64,000 bases of DNA, from assembly GCA_963667465.2 (NCBI GenBank), contig CAXXDN010000002.1:128001-192000 (forward strand). Direction: 5' to 3'. Below, in pieces: positions 1 through 9,403 of this stretch. Under the pieces are notes generated by a model. It saw nothing but the letters and a program-made list of their open reading frames with translations, was not told the origin of the DNA and made no database searches. Both the position numbers and the translations under genes were made by a program. Each line of letters starts with the position of its first letter. Within the stretch, counting starts at the first letter, position 1. Source of the DNA: Dehalococcoidia bacterium (GTDB lineage: Bacteria; Chloroflexota; Dehalococcoidia; UBA2979).

Positions 1-1
1 G

Positions 2-892
2 GCGGAGGTCGCCGAGCGGATCCTGCCCGGCGAGGGTGTCGAGGCGGCGAAGGAGCTGCTCGAGACGGACCCGGACCGCGCCATCGAGGGAGTCGACGAG
101 TTCCAGCGCTGGATGCAGGAGCTGCAGGACTCGACGATCGCCGAGCTGCACGGGCGGCACTTCGAGATCCCCGAGCCGGTGCGCCGCATCGAGGCGCTGA
201 TCGCGCCGCCCGGCGGCGCGCTCGCGATGTACTACACGGGGCCCTCGGAGGACTTCAGCCGGCCCGGCCGGACCTGGTACCCGACGGGCGGCAAGACGCG
301 CTTCCCGCTCTGGGGCGAGGTCTCGATCGCCTACCACGAGGGTGTCCCCGGGCACCACCTGCAGATCGGGACGACGACCTGGCTGGCAGGGCTGCTCTCG
401 CGCTGGCAGCGGCTGATCGGCGGCACGTCGGGCTATGTCGAGGGCTGGGCGCTGTACGCCGAGCAGCTGATGGGCGAGCTCGGTTACCTCGACAATCCGG
501 ACTACGAGCTGGGGATGCTGCGTGCGCAGGCGCTGCGCTGCGTACGCGTCGTCATCGACATCGGCATGCACCTCGAACTCTCGATCCCCGAGGGCGACGC
601 GTCGGGCGGCTTCCACCCCGGCGCACGCTGGAACGCGGCGCTGGGCCTGGAGTTCCTCGAGCAGCGCAGCCACTTCCCCGCCGACTTCGTCGCCAGCGAG
701 GTCGACCGCTACCTCGGCCTGCCGGGGCAGGCGATCAGCTACAAGGTGGGCGAACGCGCCTGGCTCGAGGCGCGCGAGGCAGCGCGTCGCGCCCTCGGCG
801 ATACGTTCGACCTCAAGGCCTTCCACGCGCGCGCGTTCGAGCTGGGCCCGATGGGCCTCGCGCTGATGCGCCGCGAGCTGGGCGGAGCGTGA
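2..892 (+). CDS. DUF885 family protein (predicted zinc metallopeptidase), 5'-truncated by the window edge
   Basis: Frame is open from position 2. Motifs YHEGVPGHHLQ, EGWALYAE, VIDIGMH and EVDRY..PGQAISYKVG are typical of DUF885. Confidence 0.9.
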   Translation, partial: AEVAERILPGEGVEAAKELLETDPDRAIEGVDEFQRWMQELQDSTIAELHGRHFEIPEPVRRIEALIAPPGGALAMYYTGPSEDFSRPGRTWYPTGGKTRFPLWGEVSIAYHEGVPGHHLQIGTTTWLAGLLSRWQRLIGGTSGYVEGWALYAEQLMGELGYLDNPDYELGMLRAQALRCVRVVIDIGMHLELSIPEGDASGGFHPGARWNAALGLEFLEQRSHFPADFVASEVDRYLGLPGQAISYKVGERAWLEAREAARRALGDTFDLKAFHARAFELGPMGLALMRRELGGA

Positions 893-995
893 CGGTCCCG
901 GCGAGCACCGCGCCACACAGGACGCCCCGGCGGCGTATGATGGCGCGGCGAAGCGCCCAGAGCGGCGAGGTCCGGAGAGGACGAACGGCGCGCCG

Positions 996-1772
996 ATGAG
1001 TGAACTGCTGTACGAGAAGCACGACGGCTACGCGATCTTCACGCTCAACCGCCCGGAGCGGCTGAACGCCCTCGGCGGCGGGGTGATGGAGGCCCTCGAC
1101 GAAGCGATCGAGGACTTCAACAGCGATCCAGAGATGCGTGCGGGGATCCTGACCGGGACCGGGCGCGCGTTCTGCGCCGGCATGGACCTGAAGGAGGCCG
1201 CGGACCGCGCCGCGAGCGGGGACGCCGTCACCGGGGTTCGCCCGGAGGGGCGCGTGGAGCTGATGGGGTTCTCGCGCAGTTCCAAGCCGTTCATCGCGGC
1301 GATCAACGGGCTCGCGATCGGCGGCGGCTGCGAGATCGCCCTCGACTGCGACATCCGCATCATGTCATCCGATGCCTACATCGGGCTGTTCGAGCCCAAG
1401 CGCGGAATCATGGCCGGCTACGCGATGCACCACCTGCCGCGGATCGTCGGCTCCACGGCCGCCGCCTACATGCTGCTCACCGCCGACGGCATCGAGGCCG
1501 AGCAAGCCCTCGAGTGGGGTGTCGTCAGCGAGGTTGTCGAGCCGGAGCGGCTGATCCCGCGGGCGGTGGAGATCGCGGGGATGATCGCCGAAAATGCCCC
1601 GCTCTCCGTGCGTGGCACCAAGGCCGAGCTTCAGGCGTGGCGCATGGCGAGCATCGACGACAACTACCGGCTCTATCAGTGGATCGACGCGGTCGTCCTC
1701 GATTCCGAGGACGCGCGGGAGGGGCCGCAGGCCTTCGCGGAGAAGCGCGACCCCGTCTGGCAGGGGCGCTAA
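996..1772 (+). CDS. Enoyl-CoA hydratase/isomerase (crotonase) family protein
   Basis: TLNRPERLNAL, FCAGMDLKE, AINGLAIGGGCE, FEPKRG and the C-terminal EG..AFAEKR.P.WQGR. Confidence 0.93.
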   Translation: MSELLYEKHDGYAIFTLNRPERLNALGGGVMEALDEAIEDFNSDPEMRAGILTGTGRAFCAGMDLKEAADRAASGDAVTGVRPEGRVELMGFSRSSKPFIAAINGLAIGGGCEIALDCDIRIMSSDAYIGLFEPKRGIMAGYAMHHLPRIVGSTAAAYMLLTADGIEAEQALEWGVVSEVVEPERLIPRAVEIAGMIAENAPLSVRGTKAELQAWRMASIDDNYRLYQWIDAVVLDSEDAREGPQAFAEKRDPVWQGR

Positions 1773-1795
1773 GCGCCCGCCGCGGCGAAGCAAGA

Positions 1796-1848
1796 GACAG
1801 CAGGAGCAAAGGGACAGCAGGAGCAAAGGGACAGCAGGAGCAAAGGGA
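1796..1848. repeat. Intergenic tandem repeat, 3 x 17 bp GACAGCAGGAGCAAAGG
   Basis: Three exact copies at 1796, 1813 and 1830, with no spacers. Confidence 0.95.
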
Positions 1849-1875
1849 ATATCGCAAGGCAGACAAGGGGGAACC

Positions 1876-2652
1876 ATGCCTGACGCGTTGTACGAGAAGC
1901 GGGACTTCTACGCGATCTTCACGCTCAACCGGCCCGAGCGGCTCAACGCCCTCGGAGGCCAGTTGCGCGCCGAGATGGCCGAGCACGTCGACGACTTCAA
2001 CGCAGACCCCAACATGCGGGTCGGCATCCTCACCGGTGCGGGCCGCGCCTTCAGCGCCGGCATGGACCTGAAGGAGGCAGCGGACCGCGCCAACACCGGC
2101 GAGGGCGTCTCGCAGCGCCAGACCGGCCAGGTGCCGCGGCTGGTCTACTCCGGCAGCCCGAAGCCCTTCATCGCCGCGATCAACGGCCTCGCCGTTGGCG
2201 GCGGGCTGGAGCAGGCGCTGGACTGCGACATCCGGATCATTGCCTCGAACGCCTACGTCGGGCTGTTCGAGCCGCGGCGCGGCATCATCGCCGGCTACGC
2301 GATTCACCACCTTCCGAGGATCGTGAACCTCTCCGCCGCCAACCACGTGCTGCTCGTCGGCGACCGCGTGGAGCCGCAGCAGGCGCTGCAGTTCGGCATC
2401 GTCTCGGAGATCGTGGACCCGCCGGAGCAGCTGCTGCCTCGGGCGATCGAGCTGGCCGAGCAGATCGCCTCGAACGCACCGCTTTCGGTGCAGGCGACGA
2501 AGGCGATGATCCAGGCCTGGCGAATGGCGAAGATCGACGACTCCTACCGCCTCGGCTCGTGGCTGTCGCTACCGGTCATCAATTCCGAGGACATCAAGGA
2601 GGGCGCGCGCGCCTTCGCCGAGAAGCGCGAACCGAACTGGCAGGGGCGATAG
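1876..2652 (+). CDS. Enoyl-CoA hydratase/isomerase family protein, tandem paralog
   Basis: ATG 1876 follows AAGGGGG. Same crotonase motifs as the upstream gene (GGGLE, FEPRRG). Confidence 0.93.
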   Translation: MPDALYEKRDFYAIFTLNRPERLNALGGQLRAEMAEHVDDFNADPNMRVGILTGAGRAFSAGMDLKEAADRANTGEGVSQRQTGQVPRLVYSGSPKPFIAAINGLAVGGGLEQALDCDIRIIASNAYVGLFEPRRGIIAGYAIHHLPRIVNLSAANHVLLVGDRVEPQQALQFGIVSEIVDPPEQLLPRAIELAEQIASNAPLSVQATKAMIQAWRMAKIDDSYRLGSWLSLPVINSEDIKEGARAFAEKREPNWQGR

Positions 2653-2654
2653 CC

Positions 2655-3200
2655 TCCCGTCGCCAGGCCCACTCGGAGGGCCTGTGCAGCTCCCTGCCCG
2701 ATGGCAGGGCGCTGCCTGGCGGGGACTGGCACGCCCGGAGTTGCTCGCTCCGCAGCACGTGGCGCCGGGAGGGGGCCCTGACCAGCGTGGAGCCTGGCCG
2801 GGCCGTCGCGGGGTGCACAAGACCACTTCCACCCGTGCGCTCGGGCGAGGAACAGGGGCTTCTCGAGATCGCTGTCGTTCGATACGGCGACCGCTGCATC
2901 GATCGTGCCGTCGTACGCGTCACCCAACAGCTGGGCGGCAAGGTTGGCGTCGGACGCCTTCTCGCGGGTTCGGTGAACCTCGACACGGTCGCGCAGCGAG
3001 CCGTGCGTGGGGCGCGCCATGACCTTGTCCGGGCGCAACTTCCCGAGTACGACCTCGACACCCGAGGAACGGAGGGCGGCGAGCAATCGCTGTTGCCTTG
3101 ACGGCGCCCCTTGTCAAGAGGCATGGGGTGCACGTTCGCGGTGAAGTAGCAGGTAAGCTCGATCGACAGGTCGGGAAGCAACGCTCCCCACAGTGCTGTG
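2655..3200 (-). pseudogene. Frameshifted NYN-domain (LabA/DUF88, PIN-like) ribonuclease remnant
   Basis: YFTANV, RQQRLLAAL, EKASDANLAAQLL.DA, AVAVSNDSDL and the C-terminal LRACQ.P..GRELHRPSEW lie in different frames. The N-terminal DGxN motif is absent. Confidence 0.75.
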
Positions 3201-3283
3201 AAGTCGCGTCCGACAATTCAGCCGCTGCGCGACGATAGACACGCGACCGTGATGCCGATGCTGACGAGGGACAAGCAGGCAAC

Positions 3284-5236
3284 ATGATCTGGTTGAGGCG
3301 GGTTGCCGCCGGTGCCCTCGGCGTTCCCTTGCTGGCGCTCCTGCTGCTTCCCACCCTGACCCTGCAGAGCGTGAACGGCACCGTCCTCAACCCGGACTTC
3401 TACGCGGACCGGCTCAAGGAGGCCGACGTCTACGGCTTCGTCATGGGCAGCGCCCTCACGTCGGCCGTCGACGAGGCGCGTGAGGAGAATCCCAACGAGG
3501 CCGGGGTCGACCTGCGAGAGAATCCCGTCGAGGCGTCCGGCCTCTCCACCGCCCAGGTTGTCGAGGCCGCGCAGCGCGCCCTCTCTCCCGATGATCTCGA
3601 GGCGCTGGTCACCCCCGCCATCCTCGAGGCCGGTGGGTATGCCACGGGTCGCAGCGACGGCTTCACCATCGACCTGCCGCTGGCGGAGACCATCCGCGAC
3701 GTGGTGGACGAGTTGCTTGCGCTGCTGCGCGAGGCCGGCGCCTACGAGCGGCTGCTCGATCAGGAGCTGGAGCCGAGGATCCGTGAGGCGGCAGGCGAGG
3801 CGCTCGCCCCGGGCAGCGACTCCCCCGGCTGGATGCAGCGCCTCTTCGGCAGCGACGAGGAGGCCGGAGGCAGGCTCGCCGCTGTGATCCTGAGCGTCGT
3901 CACTCCTGAGTGGTTTCAGGACCAGGTCGAGCAGATCGTGAACCAGCTCACGGGCTACCTCGTCGGCGAGTCCGACAGCTTCGAGATCGAGGTCCGCCTC
4001 AGCGACGCGCAGGTGGACGCGGCCGTCGATGAGCTCAAGTCCGTCCTTGGCGAGACCGACGCCGCCGAACTTGTGTACACAGACATCCTCGACCCCGCCG
4101 TTGACGACGGCGTCGAAGAGGCGATCGTGCTGCCGTACGGCGTCGAGGTCAGCCGCGAGGAGATTAAGCGCGTCCTGCGCGAGGTGGCTCCGGCGGACTG
4201 GGTGCAGCAGCAGGCAGAGCTGCTCATCGAGGACGTGAGCGCCTACGTGACCGGACGTTCGGAGGGATTCACCACCTCGATCTCGCTGGCCGGGCACAAG
4301 GACGCGGCTGCCGGCCTGCTGACCGAGCTCGCTGTCGCCAGGGTCGAGGAGTCGGTACGGGGCCTCCCCGCGTGCCCGCCGGATGCCGAGGCGAGCGCGC
4401 TCGCCGCCCTCGGGAGCGGGAGGCTCCCGGACTGCCTTCCGCCGGGGGTTCCGGCCGACGATCTGCTTGCCGACGCGCAGGCTGCCATCGCCGGCGCGAT
4501 CTCCGAGCTGGTGCTGGAAACCGTTCCGGACGCCGTGACCTACACGGACGCGGACCTGCGGCTGGAAGTACGCGAGGATGGCGGCCCCGCAGCCCTCGAC
4601 GCGCTCGACGACAGCCGCGAGCTGCTCGCCAGCGGCTGGTCCTACAGCGAGCGCGACCTGCGCGCCGGCCTCGCCGCTGATCCCGAGGTGCTGCGCAACC
4701 TGGACCGGGTCCGCGCATTCCTGGCCGACGGCTACGTCCACACGCCCGATGACCCGGCGGCGAGCGCGCTCGCCATGGCGCTGGACGGGATGCATGAGGC
4801 GTCGAGCGCGGTTCGCAGCGGCGGCCGGGGCGCCTGGCTGATCGTGGCGGTCCTGCTCGTGGCGATCGGCGCACTGGGCGGGACGAGCTGGGCCGGCCGG
4901 GTGGCGTGGGCGTCGGCAGCCCTGCTCGCCAGTGTCGTCGTGGTGCTGATCCTCTTCTGGCCCGTCTACGAGGGCATCTCGGGGACGCTGGTCGAGCTGG
5001 CTCGCGAGGAGATCGCGGACTGGTCGGACGAGCAAGCGGGGCCCACCGAGCGTCTGCTCGCCGGCAAGGCTGTCGATGTCGCCGAGGGGGCCGCGGACGA
5101 GTTCGCCGAAGGCGTCCGGCGCTCGGGCCTCGTGCTTGCGATTGTCGCGCTGGCCGTCCTGCTCGCGGCGATCGTGAGCGGGCGGTTCAGCGGCTCGGAC
5201 CGCACGCTGCAGGAACAGGCGCTCGACGGGCGCTGA
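3284..5236 (+). CDS. Hypothetical membrane-anchored protein (N-terminal TM, acidic helical ectodomain with 3 internal repeats, C-terminal TMs)
   Basis: 650-aa ORF with genome-typical codon usage, hydrophobic termini and a repeated GY.TG.SD.F.I motif. Confidence 0.85.
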   Translation: MIWLRRVAAGALGVPLLALLLLPTLTLQSVNGTVLNPDFYADRLKEADVYGFVMGSALTSAVDEAREENPNEAGVDLRENPVEASGLSTAQVVEAAQRALSPDDLEALVTPAILEAGGYATGRSDGFTIDLPLAETIRDVVDELLALLREAGAYERLLDQELEPRIREAAGEALAPGSDSPGWMQRLFGSDEEAGGRLAAVILSVVTPEWFQDQVEQIVNQLTGYLVGESDSFEIEVRLSDAQVDAAVDELKSVLGETDAAELVYTDILDPAVDDGVEEAIVLPYGVEVSREEIKRVLREVAPADWVQQQAELLIEDVSAYVTGRSEGFTTSISLAGHKDAAAGLLTELAVARVEESVRGLPACPPDAEASALAALGSGRLPDCLPPGVPADDLLADAQAAIAGAISELVLETVPDAVTYTDADLRLEVREDGGPAALDALDDSRELLASGWSYSERDLRAGLAADPEVLRNLDRVRAFLADGYVHTPDDPAASALAMALDGMHEASSAVRSGGRGAWLIVAVLLVAIGALGGTSWAGRVAWASAALLASVVVVLILFWPVYEGISGTLVELAREEIADWSDEQAGPTERLLAGKAVDVAEGAADEFAEGVRRSGLVLAIVALAVLLAAIVSGRFSGSDRTLQEQALDGR

Positions 5237-5242
5237 CGCTGC

Positions 5243-6202
5243 CTACGGGCCCTCGATCACCCCGGCCTCGCGCAGCCGCACGATGGCGTTGCGCAGGGCC
5301 TCGTCTGGCTCGCGCTGGTTGATCTCGAAGGTGCGCGCGGCCGTCGCTGGCAGGCGTCCGGCGAGCCAGGCGAGGTCGACATCGCCGCGCCCGGGTGCGC
5401 GGTGGTCCTGCAGGCCGTCGACGTCGTGGAGGTGGCTGCCCAGCACGCGATCGCCCAGCAGGTCGAACCAGGCGTGGCGCTCTACCAGGCCCACGCGGTG
5501 CAGCACCTCGGCGTGCCCGACGTCGTGCCAGTATCCGGCAGTCTCCGCGGGGTACGGCTCAAGCAGTTCCGCGGCCTCCTCGGGGAGCGGGATCTGGTGG
5601 TAACGCAAGCGGCATTCGAGGCCGACCGCGACGCCCTTCGGCTCCGCATACGCCACCAGCTCGGCGAGTGAGCGCCGAGCCTGCGCGAGGTAGGGCGGCG
5701 CGCGCTGCGCACGTTCGCGGCGCGCCTCGAAGATCGCTTGCTCCCAGCCGTCTCCCGCGAGCTGCTGCCGCGGATACATCTCGCGCAGCCGCGTTGCGGC
5801 GCTGATCGCCCGGTCGCCCACAGAGCCGAGGTGCACGACCACCGAGTGCGCGCCCGCCTCGGCGGCGACGTCGATCGAGCGCTGCGTGTAGCGCACGGCC
5901 AGCGTGCGCTCGTCCTCGTCGGTGGCGGCGAGATTGAGGTCGCGGTTCCAGCCCCGCTGGCGATCGCGCTCCAGCGGTGCGGGCGCGTGCACGCCGGTCA
6001 CCGGCAGCGTCGCGTGGCCGAGGAGCGAGCCGATCTGCTCGGCGTCCATCGAGTGGTTGATCTCGATCGCCTCGTAGCCCAGCTCGGCGGCGCGCTCCAT
6101 AAAGGCGCCGAGGTCGCGCTCGAAGCGTGGCTGTACCGCCCACATCGTGCTCAGGGCCAGCAGTGGCCGCTGCGAGGCGCCGCCGGGACCGGGGGCGCTC
6201 AT
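5243..6202 (-). CDS. Sugar phosphate isomerase/epimerase (xylose isomerase-like/AP endonuclease 2 TIM barrel)
   Basis: GYEAIEI, VVVHLG, GLE, WHDVGHA, HLHDV..DH.APG.G. Confidence 0.85.
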   Translation of the reverse strand: MSAPGPGGASQRPLLALSTMWAVQPRFERDLGAFMERAAELGYEAIEINHSMDAEQIGSLLGHATLPVTGVHAPAPLERDRQRGWNRDLNLAATDEDERTLAVRYTQRSIDVAAEAGAHSVVVHLGSVGDRAISAATRLREMYPRQQLAGDGWEQAIFEARRERAQRAPPYLAQARRSLAELVAYAEPKGVAVGLECRLRYHQIPLPEEAAELLEPYPAETAGYWHDVGHAEVLHRVGLVERHAWFDLLGDRVLGSHLHDVDGLQDHRAPGRGDVDLAWLAGRLPATAARTFEINQREPDEALRNAIVRLREAGVIEGP

Positions 6203-6233
6203 CGCGCCCCCTCGGCTTCAGGGTATTCGGGAC

Positions 6234-7364
6234 TCACGTTGTCGCGCGCTCCTCAACTATCGACTCTAGTTCGCGCTGCAGGTGCTCCAGCACCTCGTCG
6301 TAGGGGAAGGAGCCGACCGTCTCCGTGCCGCGCTTCAGGTTCACGGCCACCGGGCCGCACCAGAGGCCGAGGTCGGCGTCGTCCGTCTCGCCGGGGCCGT
6401 TCACACGGCAGCCCATCACGGCGATGGTGACATCGTGCTGCTTCGCCCAGGCCGTGATCTTGCGCACGTCCTGCGCCAGCTCGATGAACGCCTCGTTCTC
6501 CACGCGCGAGCAGGAGGGGCAGGAGATGATGTTCAGTCCGTCGTCGAGCACGGTCGGCATCGAGCGGAAGCGTCCCGACTCGATGTCGGCGAGGATGCGC
6601 CGCCCGGCGTCGATCTCCGTGCCCTTGTCCTCGAACGGCAGGGTCAGCGACACGCGCACTGTGTCGCCGATGCCCTCCGGCACCAGTTGCTCGAAGGCCA
6701 GGCGCGTCTTGATCTCGCCCTCCGGCAGCATGCCGGCCTCGGTCACCCCGAGGTGCAGCGGCACGTCCGGACGCTGCGACGCGAAGCGGCGATTGCCCTC
6801 GACGACGTTGCGCCAGTCCGAGTCCTTGAGCGAGACGACGTAGCGCTCGAACCCGATGCTGTCGAGGATCTCGCAGTGCTCGAGCGCGCTGGCGACCATG
6901 GCGGCCACGTCGTCGTCGTGGGCCTCGATCTGCGCGGGGTCGACGGAGCCGCAGTTGACGCCGACGCGCAGCGCGCAGTCGTTCGCCTCGGCGGTCTCGG
7001 CGATGAAGGCGACCTTGTCGCGCACGGGCTTGTCGCGCTCGTGGTGCCAGAGGTGGCCGGGGTTGTAGCGGATCTTGTTCACGTGCGGGGCGACGATGGT
7101 GGCGAGGCGGTAGTTCTCCTGCAGGTCCACGGAGAGCGTCGCCGTCGTGCGAGCGCGCACCTCGCCCAGCGCCTCGACGTCCTTCCGGGAGTCGACCGCG
7201 ATACGCACGATGTCGGCGCCGGCCTGCTCCAGCAGCTCGACCTGCCTGACGGTGGCCGCGATGTCCTGGGTCCTGGTGGCGGCCATCGACTGCACGGCGA
7301 TCGGCGCACCGCCGCCGATGGTGATCGGCCCAATGGATACGCCGCGTGTCGGATTGCGAGCCAC
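6234..7364 (-). CDS. ispG: 4-hydroxy-3-methylbut-2-enyl diphosphate synthase
   Basis: [38 protein letters not shown] and [14 protein letters not shown] start at 7364 follows GGAGG. Confidence 0.95.
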   Translation of the reverse strand: MARNPTRGVSIGPITIGGGAPIAVQSMAATRTQDIAATVRQVELLEQAGADIVRIAVDSRKDVEALGEVRARTTATLSVDLQENYRLATIVAPHVNKIRYNPGHLWHHERDKPVRDKVAFIAETAEANDCALRVGVNCGSVDPAQIEAHDDDVAAMVASALEHCEILDSIGFERYVVSLKDSDWRNVVEGNRRFASQRPDVPLHLGVTEAGMLPEGEIKTRLAFEQLVPEGIGDTVRVSLTLPFEDKGTEIDAGRRILADIESGRFRSMPTVLDDGLNIISCPSCSRVENEAFIELAQDVRKITAWAKQHDVTIAVMGCRVNGPGETDDADLGLWCGPVAVNLKRGTETVGSFPYDEVLEHLQRELESIVEERATT

Positions 7365-7467
7365 TAGCCGGCCTCCATCACGACGATCGTCGGGGGCATC
7401 CGGTCGGCGTGTCAACCGGAACGCCCCGCGCGGCGGATTTCGCTGGTCACAATGGGGCGCCGCGGTC

Positions 7468-7511
7468 AACCACTGACTAGCGGAACAGCGAGTCTCCGCT
7501 GGCGATGCGCG
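7468..7511. repeat. Direct repeat copy 1 (44 bp): displaced duplicate of the rseP 3' end
   Basis: AACCACT(G/C)ACTAGCGGAACAGCGAGTCTCCGCTGGCGATGCGCG, 43/44 identical to 8170-8213. Confidence 0.95.
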
Positions 7512-7534
7512 TGGTCGATCGTGCCGCGCTGCGC

Positions 7535-7564
7535 TTGCAGCAACGTACGGTATAACCGTACATT
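7535..7564 (+). promoter_or_regulatory. higBA promoter with palindromic operator
   Basis: TTGCAG-N18-TACATT overlapping the inverted repeat GTACGGT-ata-ACCGTAC (7545-7561). Confidence 0.65.
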
Positions 7565-7573
7565 AGGTTCTGG

Positions 7574-7864
7574 ATGCGTGTTCGCTCGATCCGCCACAGG
7601 GGTCTGCGCCGCCTGCTTGAGCGCGATGATCCCCGCTTGTTGGGGGGCGAGTTGGCCAACCGGGTGCGCAACGTCTTGACGGCCCTGCTGCTGGCTGAGC
7701 ACCTGGACGGGTTCATCGCCAACGCTCCGCCTGGCTGGCGCGTCCACAGGCTCTCGGGCGACCGTCGCGGGCAATGGAGTGTGTCCGTCTCGGGGAACTG
7801 GCGGATCACGTTCGAAGAAGAGGGCGGCTACATCGATCGCCTGAACCTGGAGGACTACCACTGA
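7574..7864 (+). CDS. higB: Type II TA toxin, HigB (RelE/ParE family)
   Basis: SIRHRGLRRL, PGWRVHRLSGDR.GQWSV.VSGNWRITF, C-terminal EDYH. Confidence 0.92.
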   Translation: MRVRSIRHRGLRRLLERDDPRLLGGELANRVRNVLTALLLAEHLDGFIANAPPGWRVHRLSGDRRGQWSVSVSGNWRITFEEEGGYIDRLNLEDYH

Positions 7865-8169
7865 TGAGTGACGGCGGCATTGAGGTCAACATGACGCCCT
7901 CGCACCCGGGCGAGTTCGTTCGCACCGAGGTCATCGAAGAGTTGGGCCTCAGCGTGACAAAGGCGGCGGAGATTCTGGACGTGCGCCGGGCGACGCTCTC
8001 GGATCTGCTGAACGGCAACGCTTCGCTCTCGCCGGAAATGGCGCTGCGGATCGAGAAGGCCTTCGGCATCGGCATGGACATGCTGCTGCGAATGCAGGCG
8101 TGGCACGATGGCTCCCGGATGCGTGCGCGGGCGGACGAGATCAGCGTGCGGCGTTACCAGCCCGCCTGA
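7864..8169 (+). CDS. higA: Type II TA antitoxin, HigA (XRE HTH)
   Basis: HPGEFVR, LSVTKAAEILDVRRATLSDLLNG, SPEMALRIEKAFG. Coupled to the toxin by TGATG. Confidence 0.92.
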   Translation: MSDGGIEVNMTPSHPGEFVRTEVIEELGLSVTKAAEILDVRRATLSDLLNGNASLSPEMALRIEKAFGIGMDMLLRMQAWHDGSRMRARADEISVRRYQPA

Positions 8170-8213
8170 AACCACTCACTAGCGGAACAGCGAGTCTCCG
8201 CTGGCGATGCGCG
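8170..8213. repeat. Direct repeat copy 2 (44 bp), contains the rseP stop codon
   Basis: Matches 7468-7511 with one mismatch. Confidence 0.95.
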
Positions 8214-9396
8214 CGATGTCCGCGAAGGTGATAGCGATCGCCAGCGCGATGAAGGCGATGAAGCCCACGAGGTGGACGACCGCTTCCTTCTCCGGCGCGA
8301 TCCGCCGCCCACCTCGCAACACCTCGATCAGCAGGAAGAAGATCCGCCCGCCGTCGAGCATCGGCAGCGGCAGCAGATTGAGCACGCCGAGGTTGATCGA
8401 GAGCAGCGCGGCGAGCATCAGCAGGGGCGTGAGGCCGCCCTCGCGCGCCACTTCGCCCGTGGTCTGCGCGATGCCCACCGGGCCGGCCACGGCGGGGCTG
8501 CTGCCGCCCTTGAACCAGGAGACCAGCTCGTTGCGTGCGAGGATCATCGCGTCGAGGGTGGCGCGCACCCCCCCGGGGATCGATTCCCACGGCGGCTGCG
8601 CGACCGTCTCCGTGAACGGCACGCAGCCCTCGCCGCCAACAAACGTGCACTGCGAGCGGATCGTGATGCCTGTCGGTCCCTGGCCGCTCGGCGGCGTCCA
8701 GCGCGGCTCGACGCGCAGCGTCTCGAAGTTCTGGCCGCGGCGCACGACGACGTCGATCTCCTTGCCGAGGTTGAGGCGGATCAGCCGGCCGGCGGCGGCG
8801 ACGTTCTGCGCCTCGCGCCCGCCGACCTCGTAGATCACGTCGCCGTTGAGGAAGCCGGCCGCCTCGGCCGGGGCGCCGGGCACGACCTGCTCGATGACTG
8901 CCCTGCCGATCGACTCCTCGTGAGGGATGGTGAAGGCGATGGCGAAGAGCAGCACCGGCAGCAGCAGGTTCACGACGGAGCCGGAGACCAGCACGATGAA
9001 GCGCTTCCAGCGCGCCGCGGCGGCGAGGGAGCGCGGGTGGTCCGGATCCTCCTCGCCGAGCAGCCGCACGAACCCGCCGAGGGGGGTCCAGTTCAGCGTG
9101 TAGACGGTCTCGCCCCAGCGCCGCCCGGTGATCCGCGGCGGGAAGCCGATGCCGAACTCCAGCACGGCGATCCCGAACAGCTTGGCCGTCGCAAAGTGCG
9201 CCAGCTCGTGTGCCACCACGAGCACGACGAGCACGCCGATGAACAGCAGCGTCGAGCTGACCGCGTCGGGCGCGAACCACCACGCCACGACCAGCGCGAT
9301 CGCGATCGCCAGCGCGGTGTTGAGGGCGCGCGGGATGCGAGGGCGGCCCCGCGAGGGGCTCTGGTCGCCTGCCGGAAGGCCCGGTTGGTCGCTCAT
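8179..9396 (-). CDS. rseP: RIP metalloprotease RseP (M50, PDZ)
   Basis: HELAH, EFGIGF, PLGGFV, GPVGI and NLLPLPMLDGG, plus operon context. Confidence 0.95.
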   Translation of the reverse strand: MSDQPGLPAGDQSPSRGRPRIPRALNTALAIAIALVVAWWFAPDAVSSTLLFIGVLVVLVVAHELAHFATAKLFGIAVLEFGIGFPPRITGRRWGETVYTLNWTPLGGFVRLLGEEDPDHPRSLAAAARWKRFIVLVSGSVVNLLLPVLLFAIAFTIPHEESIGRAVIEQVVPGAPAEAAGFLNGDVIYEVGGREAQNVAAAGRLIRLNLGKEIDVVVRRGQNFETLRVEPRWTPPSGQGPTGITIRSQCTFVGGEGCVPFTETVAQPPWESIPGGVRATLDAMILARNELVSWFKGGSSPAVAGPVGIAQTTGEVAREGGLTPLLMLAALLSINLGVLNLLPLPMLDGGRIFFLLIEVLRGGRRIAPEKEAVVHLVGFIAFIALAIAITFADIARIASGDSLFR

Positions 9397-9403
9397 CGCT
9401 CGC

